Positions 1 through 14,439 of a DNA stretch of 64,000 bases are shown piece after piece; the first letter of the stretch is position 1; the number at the start of each line of letters is the position of its first letter. Below the pieces are notes generated by a model. The model did no database searches and was not told where the DNA came from. It saw only the letters and a list, made by a program, of their open reading frames with translations. The DNA comes from the human T2T-CHM13v2.0 reference genome, Homo sapiens. The position numbers and the translations under genes were made by a program. The stretch lies in NCBI RefSeq assembly GCF_009914755.1, contig NC_060926.1; one strand, written 5' to 3'.

Positions 1-943
1 TAAGAGATATGAAATAATATTAACTGAAAGATAATCTTCCTGCTCTTGTGTTTACAAACCAACCTGATTAAGATGCCCTCACTAGTTTTGGGCTGTACAA
101 TTTCATAGAGGCCATGGATGCAAATGTTTGCAAGAGAGTACTATCCATGAGCTATTCAGACAACACACCCAGGAGGATCGGCTTGGGTCATGAGATGACT
201 TAGACAGGAGGAGAAAAGGATAAGGAATGGTGATATAGCAAAGGACAGCAGTCAATTATCCGAGGGCGTTACTGATGAGGATGGCAATTCCTTGTCATTG
301 GTCCACTGTTTGCTATGTATTGGAATTTGTATGTAATTTTCTCTAGCTAGCTTTAAAAATAGAATCATCAATGCCTCATGAGACAGACAAAGGAGAGCCT
401 GCCATGGAATCTAGAGATAAACCTGAACGACCTTTCAAGGTTCCCTTTCTACACCAATATAAAAACACAGAATAAGATACCAGCATTACTCAACAGACCT
501 GGTTACAATAAGTATGAATTACAATGCAGGAACATATGTCATTTCTTACACAAACAGTGAGGCAGGCTATTTGATATTGCTTTAAGAAATTATGTGGTCA
601 GCTGAAGCAAGATGACACATGTAAATCTTTTTCATAAATCAAAGTATAAGCTCACAAATTCTCCATATAGATAGCCTCGGGAGGGGCTGCTCTGATGAAA
701 TTGAAAATGTCTCTTCCATATGTGCAGTTTTAGGCTTTATAACATTTAAAGAAAATATTCTAAAAGATAAAGTTGGCATGTAAAAGCATGGGGAAAGGAA
801 TCAGCAATGATCAGAGCAAAACAATTCTAGAAGGCATCTTAATTTTCATATGGCTCATTTGCATTTGAAACACTGAGAATTCCTATCTCACTTGTACAAA
901 ATGTGTACATATTAAATTACTTTGCACTTGAAAGAACATTTTC

Positions 944-1045
944 CTAAATGTTTGGAAGGTGATCAAATTTTAACTGGAGGACTTGTTTTCTTCCATCAGG
1001 TGTGGGGGAGATGTGGCTTCCTGGTATGAGAGGCAACAGTTGATT
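944..1045 (-). CDS. CDKL4: CDKL4 distal terminal exon NQLLPLIPGSHISPTPDGRKQVLQLKFDHLPNI* (342-aa form)
   Basis: ttgttctgctattag acceptor, phase 0, TAG at 944-946; PNI end resembles the CDKL1 C-terminus as I recall it. Confidence 0.88.
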   Translation of the reverse strand, partial: NQLLPLIPGSHISPTPDGRKQVLQLKFDHLPNI

Positions 1046-1312
1046 CTAATAGCAGAACAAGACAACAATAAGAAAGCAAATTGAAAACAATTCCTATTTG
1101 TACAGTTTGATTGAAAGATGATAAGACAAGCAGATACTTATGGTACAAAGATGTCAAAAGACATCAATTTTAAAATTAAGTAGGGTTACCTTTCCAAAAA
1201 TTGAGATTCTCTGATACCTAAAAATTAGGTTCTACTACTTATTCTAGGATACCCATGGATATACTACTATTTATTTCAGTACACTTAATCTGAGTATCTA
1301 GTCAATACTTAA

Positions 1313-1681
<369 letters not shown>

Positions 1682-2352
1682 TCAAATTTTGAATAGCTAG
1701 AATATTGGCAGAATAGCAAAGGCTTAAAACCTCTTTACTATCAAATTTAAACATTATTTAGTCTTAAGGAAACCGCAATGAATGAAAAGACTTTTTTCTG
1801 TAACATTTATTTTCTGATATGGTAAAATATCTAGGATTCAGGTGTGTCTTCTGAAGGAACACCAGAACTTGAAAGGCACCCCTGTCTTTCTCTTGGCCTG
1901 GCTCCCTGGGCACCTCACTTGAAGGAGAGAGCTGTTTAGGACCGGCCTCGTGTAGGTGCTACAGGGGGACCCACCATGCAGAGGTGGATAGAATGCAGTT
2001 TACAGAGGATGGAGAACATGGGCTGATCTCTGTAAATGAGATTCTCTAGGTGCATGCTGCCCTTTGTGTTTCTTTCCTTTTGCTGCCTCTGGGCCTTTTG
2101 GAAGGCCTTGTTCACAGTCCCTGATCTGTATCAGCTGGGTTGCAGGCATTGAAGGAAGGGTAGCACAGCTGTAAACCCAAGCAGAGAGCTGGAGGCTGTG
2201 AAGGGAGAGCAGCACCCAACCCCCTCGAGGCGAGGCAAGGCAAGGTCTGTGACAGATTCCCAGGTAGACAGTGATTAGGGGGACCAGGAGTCCAGCTGGG
2301 GCAGCTGACACTGTGGACCCTCCCAGGCCAGTGTTGGGGGGAATCCAGTGAG

Positions 2353-2935
<583 letters not shown>

Positions 2936-3357
2936 TGAGATGTTTTTAACAGGAGAGTGTCCTTTTACACACAATTCACACTGTCTTTCAGATTGCTGCC
3001 TCAGCGATCTTTAATTTTTTTTGTTGTTATTTAAGTATAAGCTGCATTGGGCTTGATTTGCAAACATTTAATAGCAAAAGGTAAAATGGCCCATGTAATC
3101 AAAATATGGATACCTAGAGATTTTGGATACACAGAAATGATTTAACATTTCATCTTCTGGATTAGTTTGATTTTTCTCTCCCAACAAACTTCTATTTTAA
3201 CTATTAAAAGGTTGGGAAAAGACAACACTTTCTTCCTTTACGGAAAACATGCTAATGAGAAGACAAATGACTGAAAATTAGATTGAAGATGAAAGATTAA
3301 GCAAACGCAAACTGTGAAAATTGCTAGCCTCTGATGAATTGGAAATTACCAACTCAG

Positions 3358-3397
3358 TTTATTATTAGGCAATGTTCATCTACTTATTTATTTTAAT
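3358..3397 (-). terminator. AATAAA/ATTAAA poly(A) signals after the 3708-3496 exon
   Basis: tttatt at 3358-3363 and 3387-3392, tttaat at 3392-3397. Confidence 0.5.
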
Positions 3398-3507
3398 AAT
3401 ATTAGGGACCTTCTCTGTGTCAGATACTGTTTTAGGTGCCGGGTTTACAAGGTGAGAAAAAGCCCTGAACCAAAACAAACCTATTTCCATGGAGTTTACG
3501 ATTTAAC
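3370..3507 (-). mobile_element. L2 3' end, sense to CDKL4
   Basis: Minus strand gtaaactccatgg...cacctaaaacagtatctgacacagagaagg...aataaataagtagatgaa follows the L2 terminal consensus. Confidence 0.7.
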
Positions 3508-3708
3508 TTCAAAGTTTTCTGAAAGCAAGTGAAGGACAGTCACCTGATAAACTGCAGAATTAATGTTTGTCATAACAGTCACCATACTGTTCTGCAATAT
3601 TGGCCCATTGGGTAGAATTTGGTTCCCAGATGTCTGGGTTTCATTCCTTTGTACCTGGCAGATCTTGGTTTTGAGAAAAAGCCTAGGAAAGGCAGACTTA
3701 GGTGCCTG
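3496..3708 (-). CDS. CDKL4: CDKL4 alternative terminal exon QAPKSAFPRLF...LLSENFEVKS* (379-aa form)
   Basis: Pyrimidine-rich acceptor cttttcacccacag, phase 0, 70 open codons (track ORF 3496..3774), AATAAA downstream. Confidence 0.7.
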   Translation of the reverse strand, partial: QAPKSAFPRLFLKTKICQVQRNETQTSGNQILPNGPILQNSMVTVMTNINSAVYQVTVLHLLSENFEVKS

Positions 3709-3974
3709 CTGTGGGTGAAAAGATGGAAGAGTCAAGTTACCGTTATTGCACATCTGGAGGCTACAGAAAGGCACTTGGATTCCTTTGCAATGCTGGCAAA
3801 ACTCAGTCCTGTTGGAATCAGCATTTTATTATATGAAGTTGTTATATTATGGGTATACGATCTTGTGGGTGGGATATCCAATCAGAGCAGCCAAAGAGTT
3901 GCGTAACGATTTGATTCAGGTGTGTTTGGAATAAGATTTTTGCAATAATCTTGATATTTTCATAGTTCTATGGT

Positions 3975-4002
3975 TTTATTACATCAATTACCAATATTTA
4001 TT
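3975..4002 (-). terminator. Two AATAAA poly(A) signals for the read-through isoform
   Basis: tttatt on + at 3975-3980 and 3997-4002, 115-140 nt past the VLPLKS stop. Confidence 0.55.
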
Positions 4003-4114
4003 AAGCTAGACAAATACAACTACACCAGTACAAATGAAAGGTCTTGGTGTCCACCTTGTCTCACTTTGAAAGGCAGACAAACAAAAACAAAAAAGGAATT
4101 ATTTTTATAGCACT

Positions 4115-4135
4115 TTAACTTTTGAGCGGAAGTAC
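4115..4135 (-). CDS. CDKL4: CDKL4 read-through C-terminus VLPLKS* (315-aa form)
   Basis: Unspliced continuation GTA CTT CCG CTC AAA AGT TAA, followed by AATAAA at 3997-4002 and 3975-3980. Confidence 0.75.
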   Translation of the reverse strand, partial: VLPLKS

Positions 4136-4270
4136 CTGTTGGCGTCTTCTGTTTCTTCCTTCATTACGTGCTTTTCTTTTAATTTGGGCCTCTTGAAAAG
4201 AATCAAAGTAGGAGCTCTCCAGGAGTTGGGAACAGGTTAATCTGTCATCTGGATTCATCTTCAGACACCC
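4136..4270 (-). CDS. CDKL4: CDKL4 coding exon 8 (GCLKMNPDDRLTCSQLLESSYFDSFQEAQIKRKARNEGRNRRRQQ)
   Basis: ctcttcctccaaag acceptor, CAG|gtactt donor, 135 nt; kinase subdomain XI plus basic tail. Confidence 0.95.
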
Positions 4271-4566
4271 CTTTGGAGGAAGAGAATAGCAAAGAAGATG
4301 TTAAGGGAGGGGCTCATTTTGTTACCGTGCCCACAAACTGAATAACTTGCTAGGATAAATATGAGTTTAGAAAATCTTCAAGTTTGTGTATTATCAAGTA
4401 GTTGGAGCTTGCTAATAGCTAGGATTGCTCTTCTTTTTCCTACTTCAAAGTCTTTTGAGGGCAGAATGAATGGATGGTCAGTGTCTCTCTGAAAGAGGCC
4501 ACCTGTAGATCTGGTGTTCCCACCAATGACATTTTAAAATCACTGCTGAAAGCAAATCGTTTATAG

Positions 4567-4757
4567 CAGTCTGCAGAGTATAGTCCCTGGACTAAAAACA
4601 TCAGCGTCGCAGGAACTTCCTAGAAATGCGAAGTCTTGGGTCCTATACCCCGCCTGCCAAAGGGAATCGAGGCACTGGAGGTGGGGCCCGGCAGTTTGTG
4701 TTTAAGAAGCTCTCTGGGTGATTCCGATGCCCATATGCTCAGGTTTGAGAACCACTG
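4567..4757. mobile_element. MER5A (hAT-Charlie)
   Basis: ggtggggcccggcagtttgtgtttaagaagctctctgggtgattccgatgc...tttgagaaccactg. Confidence 0.85.
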
Positions 4758-5070
4758 GGTTAAGGAGATGACTGAGGAAGTGAGAACCTCAGTCATGAGA
4801 ATGAACCTAAAACAAGGAAAAATTGACTATATATTCATATAAAAATAACTACAGGCAAAACAGAAAAGGTGACATTATGACCCTTCTATATTTGAGACCA
4901 TTAGAAGCCTCTAGGTCGGCTTCTGAGAGTGGGGAGGAGTATCACAGCAGAGGGGTCAGTGGGGGTCCTGACACAAAGAGGTTTTCTCTGAGAAACACTG
5001 ATACTCCAGCCAGACAGTGGGACTTTGCCCATCAATAAACACAGATTATGATCCATAAAGAGCAGCTTTA

Positions 5071-5163
5071 AGCCAGACCTGGTGGCTCATGCCTGTAATC
5101 CCAGCACTTTGGGAGTCCAGAGGTCTAGACCAGCCTGGGTAACATAGTGAGACCGCATCTCTC
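5071..5163 (+). mobile_element. Alu monomer fragment
   Basis: ggtggctcatgcctgtaatcccagcactttggga. Confidence 0.8.
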
Positions 5164-5532
5164 CTTTATTTACATTTTTAAAAGGAGCAGTTTTACAATA
5201 CACAGGCACAGACGACCTGACAATTATTGCCTTCCATCATAAGAGAGAAATAAGGCTCACCACCAGCACAAACATTGTTTTGAGGCATTCTCAAGCCCAG
5301 ACAATTGCGTTGCCTGAGGCTGCCCCAGCCGGGCACTGCCCTGTGGTGTCTGTTCCTCCCTGACCCCAGCTGACCTCAGATTTCTGAGATCCCTGAAGCT
5401 GCCTGCCCCTAAGCAGTGTCACCTGGCCCTTGGCGAGGGATCTGATTAGTCCTGTTCTTCAAGAAACAATCCTGCTCAGTAAAACTAGACTTACTGGTCC
5501 CTCCTTGTCAACTGCCTGGTCCAAGCAGATGA

Positions 5533-5935
<403 letters not shown>

Positions 5936-5984
5936 AGAAATACTATTTTGAATACAAACTGTGATAGTCTCTACTTCTTTATCA

Positions 5985-6925
5985 CTCTATTCTGGCTTTT
6001 GCTTCCACTGTTCCATTAAAGTGGCTCTTGTTATTAATACCTCTGACCTCTACTTCCATATCCTTCAACCCATTATGTATTTTGAATTCTCTCTCATCTC
6101 AATAGTATTAGACACTACTGACCAAGCCCTCCTTGAGACTTTGTTTCTCTTTGGCTTCTCTAATCTCTCACTTTCCTTGCTCCTCCCTCCTGGCCACTCC
6201 TTTTCAAACCAGCCTTTGCTAGTTTATCTTCTTCTCTACTATGTTCTCCACTATGGTTGGATAAAATTCCTCAAGGCCAAATCCTAGCCACCCCTTTTTT
6301 TCTCATCTGTTCTTGGTTTCTAGGTGATCTCTTTGCTGCCTATGGCTTCAATTATCAAAGTTTACCAGAGATTTCCACATCTACAATTCCATTCCAGACC
6401 TCCCCTGTGAACTCCAGACCTGCAGGTGCAACTGCTTACTTAACATCTGCCTCAAGGTCACTGTTATGGGTTGAGTTGTATCGCCGCAAAAATATGTATG
6501 TTGAAGTTCTAACTCCCAGGACCTCAGAATGTTACCTTATTTGGAAATAAGGTCTTTGCAGATGTAATTAGTGAAGACAAGGTCATAATGGCATGGAGTA
6601 CACCCCCAACCCAATTACAGTTGGTTTCCTTATAAGAAGAGGGAAGATGGTGTAGACAGACACACAGAGTGAATGCCATGCTATGATGGAGGTAGAAATT
6701 GGAGTTACATTGTCACAAGTGAAAGAATGCCTGGGGCTACAAGAAGCTGGAAGAGGCAAGGAAAGAACCTTGCCAAGAGTTTTCAGAGAAAGCCCAGACC
6801 TGCCAATACCTGAAAAAGCAATACAGCCACTGTACCCTTGCCACCTCTTCTACTTTATTCCCCATATATCAATGATAATTAAGTCCTATCGGTTTTCCTT
6901 TCAAATATATCTTGAATTTATTCAC
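5985..6925 (+). mobile_element. L2 fragment interrupted by MLT1
   Basis: Pyrimidine-rich L2 ORF2 text (ctaggtgatctc...atggcttcaattatca). Confidence 0.7.
6462..6830 (+). mobile_element. MLT1 (B/C-like) LTR, 3' truncated, inside an L2
   Basis: tgttatgggttgagttgt...accttatttggaaataaggtctttgcagatgtaatt. Confidence 0.8.
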
Positions 6926-6929
6926 GTTG

Positions 6930-7239
<310 letters not shown>

Positions 7240-7948
7240 TCATTCATGTTTTTATATGGGCTTTCAAAACTATTGAAATCTAGTCCATCACTAAATACCT
7301 ATGAATTTTCATTTTAAAGAACATTTTTAGATTCTTAGAAGACACTGCTAATGCTGAGCTCTCTCCATGGAGTCTGAGCTGGAACAATGTCCTGCTTAAT
7401 TCTGAAGCATTGAGATGAGCTGAGTAGAATTGAGGCTTCTGAGTCCTTGCCTGCCTGGATTAATAACTTTCTGTATATCAAGAAGCTGAAGAATTAATCA
7501 GAGGTGTTCCCTGTAGATGTGCTCCTAACCCAGAAAACATCTGGAAGATGAGAAATGAGAAATCAAAATGGTAAAGTCCAAGTCAGGATCCTTTTCTTAA
7601 ATCCAAACTTCAAATTTCACAGAAAACGCTCTGATAAAATTTCTAATAGTCTATAGTCTTCCTCTTGATGGACCAGCTGAAGCTGATATAGTGATAGGAT
7701 CATCATGACTATGGAAATAAATGAGTAATAAATAAGAAAGATTGTGCTCATGGTCTCATTTTAAACCTAATGAAGAGAACACAGAAGACCTGCCATAGAT
7801 TGGCTACTGCATGCCACCACTCTCCTTGACTCTGCCATTGCCAAATACGCCATCCACCTGAGCAGTCCCTGCATAGGTTATGATTCGGTCCCATGGGATA
7901 AACACCAGTTATGGTAGCCAGTACTTATTTGCCATTAAAGATGTCTTG

Positions 7949-8228
7949 GGCTGGGCACAGTGGCTTACGCCTGTAATCTCAGCACTTTGGGAGGCCTAGG
8001 TGGGCGGATCATGAGGTCAGGAGATGGAGACCATCCTGGCCAACATGATGAAACCCTGTCTCTACTAAAAATACAAAAATTAGCCTGGTGTGGTGGCGTG
8101 TGCCTGTAGTCCCAGTTACTTGGGAGGCTGAGGCAGGAGAACCACTCGAACCTGGTTGGCGGAGGTTACAGTGAGCGGAGAACTCCAGCCTGGGCGACAG
8201 AGCAAGACTCTGTCTCAAAAAAAAAAAA
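7949..8228 (+). mobile_element. Alu (Sc-like)
   Basis: Forward Alu; TSD-like aaagatgtct/aaaaatgtct. Confidence 0.92.
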
Positions 8229-8904
8229 TGTCTCAATTGCAAAGAATTAAAGTCTTCTCTCATCTAATATGGGGCAGGAATCTATAAGATAGGGTGTGGT
8301 CCATGAAACAGCACAATCCTTGATGCACTGAGAGGATTCTTGGGTCTTAGGTTGATACTTATGGGTCTAAATAAAATAGTCGAGTAACAAACCTAGATTC
8401 ATCTAAAACCTTAGGCAGCCAACCAGGGCTCTTCATCTTTGGAGATGAGGACAGGGAACTTGTCCTATATCTTGCAGTTTTCATGCCCCAGAGTTGCTTT
8501 CCAGGGAACCACAGGTTGTCTCTGGCTTCCATCTGAGAATTCGTTGGGCTTGCAGTGCTTGATGTCTCCCTTCTCCCTTGCAGGTTTTGCTAAATTGCAA
8601 GTGGGTCAGAACAACCTGTCAAGAACAAGGTCAGGGAACTGGGCTTCTAGGACAGGACCTGCTGAGTGCTGGGTGAAAGCAGATCTGGGCAGTAAGATAG
8701 GGTAGATGGCAGCTGAGGTCAGGTGGAGCAATGGTATGGGGAGTCTGAGAGCACAGGGGTATCAGGCTCTGACTCTCAGGAGGACTTAGGTTGAAGCACT
8801 CCAGCACTCTGGATAGCACCATGGCAGTGACCAGCACTCGCACAAAGGCTGGTCTACAAAAGTTGACTCTAGGTCATCCAAATGGCCCCACCGTCTAGAT
8901 CAGA

Positions 8905-9081
8905 TGAGTCTCAAACTGAGCTGTTTATCATAATCACCTAAGGGCATGTTTAAAGATACACATGCCAAGGTCCCACTCATGAAAATTCCCCTTCTGAATC
9001 TGAGGCTAGATACTGGAATCTGTATTTTTCAAAAGTTCCCAGGCCATTCTGATGAATAGCCACATTTGGAAGACACTACTG
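8905..9081. mobile_element. MER5-family element
   Basis: ggaatctgtatttttcaaaagttcccagg...ttctgatg. Confidence 0.65.
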
Positions 9082-9538
9082 TAGACAGAACTTAATTGAT
9101 TGTCAAAGGTAGATACCCTCTCTGGTATCCTCATACCCTTTGTCCAATGAGCTTTTGGTATACACAATGTATGACAGGGTCACACACCTTCTAGTGTGGC
9201 GCCATGAATGGCAGACTAGGCATAGGTAAGTTTCTTCTGCTTTTTATTTGAATCTGTCCTTGGTTTGGCGTCTCTCTTGGGCCTAGTGCAGGAGCTAGGT
9301 CTGGTGTCTGCATGGCTCTGATTTTGCCTCATCTACTAATGTTAATAGATATGTTAGAACAATTACTGCTTAAACCAATGATGTCCCTTTAACTGGAATT
9401 GTTTTACAGTTCTTTATCATTTTCAATGACTACATCCTATTTTGGCATTATTTAATCCACTGTCCACCCCTCCTCAAATTACCAGCTTCAGTCATTACAA
9501 TTTATAGCTAATAAGAGTTATAATTGATTCTTAAGTAC

Positions 9539-9595
9539 CTTCATGAAGTTCAGAGCCACAGGATGAACATCTGAGAACTTTTCCTCAAGAGTTTC
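9539..9595 (-). CDS. CDKL4: CDKL4 coding exon 7 (ETLEEKFSDVHPVALNFMK)
   Basis: ttgtttttcag acceptor, AAG|gtactt donor, 57 nt. Confidence 0.95.
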
Positions 9596-9645
9596 CTGAA
9601 AAACAAGGTTAAAACATTCAATATTACATAAGAACAAAGTAATAT

Positions 9646-9666
9646 GTGTGTGTATATATGTGCGTA

Positions 9667-9697
<31 letters not shown>
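9646..9697. repeat. (TG)n microsatellite
   Basis: Direct reading. Confidence 0.95.
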
Positions 9698-9984
9698 ATT
9701 TAGAGATACTGTCTCCCTCTATCTCCCAGGCTGCAGTGCAGTGGCATGATCATAGCTTACTTTAACCTTGAACTCCTGGGCTCAAGAGATTTTTCCACCT
9801 CAGCCTCCTAAGTATCTAGGACTACAGGTGGGTGCCACCACACACAGCTAATTTTTTATTTTTCTGTAGAGATGGGGTCTTGCTATGTTGCATGAGCTGG
9901 TCTCAAACTTCTGGCCTCAAGTGATTCTTCTGCCTCAGTCTCCCAAAGTGCAGGGATTATAGGGGTGAGCCAACTCACCTGGCC
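9698..9984 (-). mobile_element. Alu (J-type) with (TG)n at the tail
   Basis: Reverse Alu dimer. Confidence 0.9.
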
Positions 9985-10057
9985 TATATTTTGAATATAT
10001 TAGTAATAACAACACTTTAAAGAAAGACTCTCTAGTAGGTTCAATAATTCATTTTAA

Positions 10058-10331
10058 ATATATATATATACACACACATATATATACATATATATGTGTA
10101 TATATATACACATATGTATATATATACATATGTGTATATACATATATATACACATATGTATATATACATATATATACACATATGTATATATACATATATA
10201 TACACATATGTATATATACATATATATATACACATATGTATATATATACACATATGTATATATACATATGTATATACATATGTATATATACATATATATA
10301 TATACATATGTGTATATATATATATATATAT
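10058..10331. repeat. TA-rich compound micro/minisatellite (tatatatacacatatg-type units)
   Basis: Direct reading; source of the YI/HM-rich track ORFs. Confidence 0.95.
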
Positions 10332-10611
<280 letters not shown>

Positions 10612-11837
10612 TTTAAATATATTTTTTAAATCACTCTTTTATATAATTGTACACTGTATGTAAAGATCTGAAATACATAAAACTGAAGTTAATTTTCTTA
10701 ATTTCACAATGTCTTGCAGTTGATGCTGGGTAAATGTGGGTCCCAAATGCTCCCATCTGAAATCCTACAACAGTGCTATAAAATCTGTGCCTGATCTACT
10801 TCTAAGGATGCTTTTGAGTATTCATGAAAATACATTGGACTACATGCATAAGAGCACTACAGAAATCAAAAGAATGAAAAACACAACATTCAGAATGATG
10901 AGGAAAGAAGGGGATGGAGATGCCTGAAAGATAATGGTGGGAAACTTAAGACACTTAAGTTTGTTGTAGTTTATTCTTTAAACACACGTTATATAAATAT
11001 TCCTTTGTAACCTTTAACCTTGCAGTTCAACCTTTAACCTTATATTACATTTGTTAAAGGCTTTAACAAAGACAATAAAAAAGAAAACCAGTATATAAAT
11101 CAAGATATTATATGAAATAATTGATTTAAAATGAACAGGGTGTCTAGAGATGGTTGGGACCATTTGGACCTCAGGTTATTTGGACAGTTCACATCTATCA
11201 TAGATCATGATTTGCCTTCTCAGACTTTGCCCCATCCCTGCGTGGCTCTGACTCCAGCATAGTTGGAGTGTGGACACATGCTTTTCTTGACAGTTTTTTC
11301 TTTTACAGGCAGATTCTGGACCATATGGAGCTTTAAAGAGCATAGCCTGAACTTAGGTAACACACACAGGAAGTCAATGTCTACAGAGAGCAAGAGAGAG
11401 AGTCAAATAGTCATTGATATGTTTTCAAATAAAGGCAAAGACCATTGCAAGAGTAGAGAGATGATCCCTGTGATTTGGAGTTTAATGAGTACAATGGGGA
11501 TCATTTTGTAAAACAATCTCCCATGTAAAAATATATGTTGTGAAAAAAGCTTTTGATTGATTTGAGCTTTGTTTTACAAGCCGAAAAAATTTTAAATGCA
11601 TTTTTTTTCAAAATAAAGAAGACTACTATAAGTAGTCTTTATGAGAATATAATTATTTAAGGGAAAATTCTCCTAAGGCTTTGACCAATGGATTAAAATT
11701 ATGTAGTATCTAAGATACTAAATATATTTTCACTTTAAATTTAACATTAATTTTTGAATAGATAAGACAAGTAAACATTTAAAGCATTTTTCCTGGCTCA
11801 TTGTAATGTAGTTTTTATATAGTTTCTTCAATATGTG

Positions 11838-12190
11838 TGATATGGTTTGGCTCTGTGTCCCCACCCAAATCTCATCTCAAATTATAACCCCATGTGTGGA
11901 GAGAGGGAGGTGATTGGATCATGACGGGGGTTCCTCCATGCTGTTCTCATGATAGTAAGGGAGTTCTTATGAGATCTGATGGTTTTAAAAGTAGCAGTTT
12001 TCCCTTGTGCCCTCACCCCTCTCTCCTGCCGCCTTGTGAAGAAGGTGCCTGCTTCCCCTCCTGCCATGATTGTAAGTTTCCTGAGGCCTCCCCAGCCATG
12101 CTGGACTGTGAGTCAATTAAATCTCTTTCCTTTATAAATTACCCAGTCTCGGGGAAGTTCTTTACAGCAGTGTGAAAATAGAATAATACA
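11838..12190 (+). mobile_element. THE1 (THE1D-like) solo LTR, MaLR
   Basis: tgatatggtttggctctgtgtccccacccaaatctc ... aataataca; 5-bp TSD atgtg/ctgtg. Confidence 0.9.
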
Positions 12191-12250
12191 CTGTGCTAAT
12201 ATGTCACAAGGAAAACAGAAGCCAAAAACACAAATATTAAAAAAGAAACA

Positions 12251-12413
12251 GGCCAGGCATGGTGGCTCATATGAGTAATTCCAGCATTGGGGAGGCTGAG
12301 GTGGGAGGATCACTTGAGTCTCGGAGGTTGAGGCTGCAGTGAGCCATGACCTTGCCACTGCACTCCAGCCTTGGTGACAGAGTGAGACATCATCTCAAAA
12401 TAAATAAATAAAT
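12251..12413 (+). mobile_element. Alu monomer (FRAM-like)
   Basis: Single arm plus (TAAA)n tail. Confidence 0.85.
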
Positions 12414-12478
12414 AACAACTACCTCTTTAAAGAAAGCCGCAACACAAGTAATAAAATATTCAAAACAGAGCAGCTTAC

Positions 12479-12561
12479 CATGTCTTCTGGCTCAGGTATA
12501 CTGATGCCATGGAAAAACCCGTTACTTTTAAAGATTGATTGATGTCTTGGGATTAATTTTC
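12479..12561 (-). CDS. CDKL4: CDKL4 coding exon 6 (GKLIPRHQSIFKSNGFFHGISIPEPEDM)
   Basis: ttttacag acceptor, ATG|gtaagc donor, 83 nt; embedded in track ORF 12419..12613. Confidence 0.96.
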
Positions 12562-12612
12562 CTGTAAAATACAAACCACATAATTCATCATAAATTTGGC
12601 AAAGAATAATCA

Positions 12613-13110
<498 letters not shown>

Positions 13111-13132
13111 TCAGCCTCCATCAAAAGGTGAA

Positions 13133-13880
<748 letters not shown>

Positions 13881-14169
13881 GTAAATTTCCAGAATCTTTT
13901 TAGGGAATGAATCAGACAAACAAAGTGTGGCCTGCAGTGGTAATCTACCCCACATTTTTCATGCTGCAGAATTTTCCATAATATGTTGGAACTGACCAGG
14001 GAACTGTCCAGCAGCCATGCTGCCAGGAGAGCCTGTGGGAAGAAATTAACAAATTCTCATTTTGTGTGTAGAGGTGTCACTTTCTTTGCATCCATGCTGT
14101 TGGCATGAAGCTGTGGCTCACTTTTCGGGTTATGCTGACACATAATGAAAGCTCACGAAAGAAACACTT

Positions 14170-14385
14170 GCAGTCTCATTCCTATTCTGCACTTACCTGG
14201 CTATATGACTTCAGGCCAATCATGGAAGCTCCCTAAGCCTCTGTTTCCTCGTTTATAACATAGGCACAATTAAAAACATTATAACTTCCTTAACAGGTTT
14301 TTCTTAAGACTGAAAAAGATGATGCGTATGAAAGTAATTTGTAAATTCTTAAGTACTATACAAAGAAGATGTGTTAACATTATTC
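14170..14385 (+). mobile_element. MIR, antisense to CDKL4
   Basis: cacttacctggctatatgacttcagg...gcctctgtttcctcgtttataaa core. Confidence 0.75.
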
Positions 14386-14439
14386 TAAACTTCAGCAGCC
14401 ACCCCTAATCAGGAAGTAAAATCAGACTCTTAGGATCTC

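Noticed and set aside
11281-11362. Possible + strand 48-nt antisense exon (ttttttcttttacag...TAG|gtaaca)
   Set aside because: Isolated site pair expected by chance in 64 kb; no linked promoter or partner exons seen
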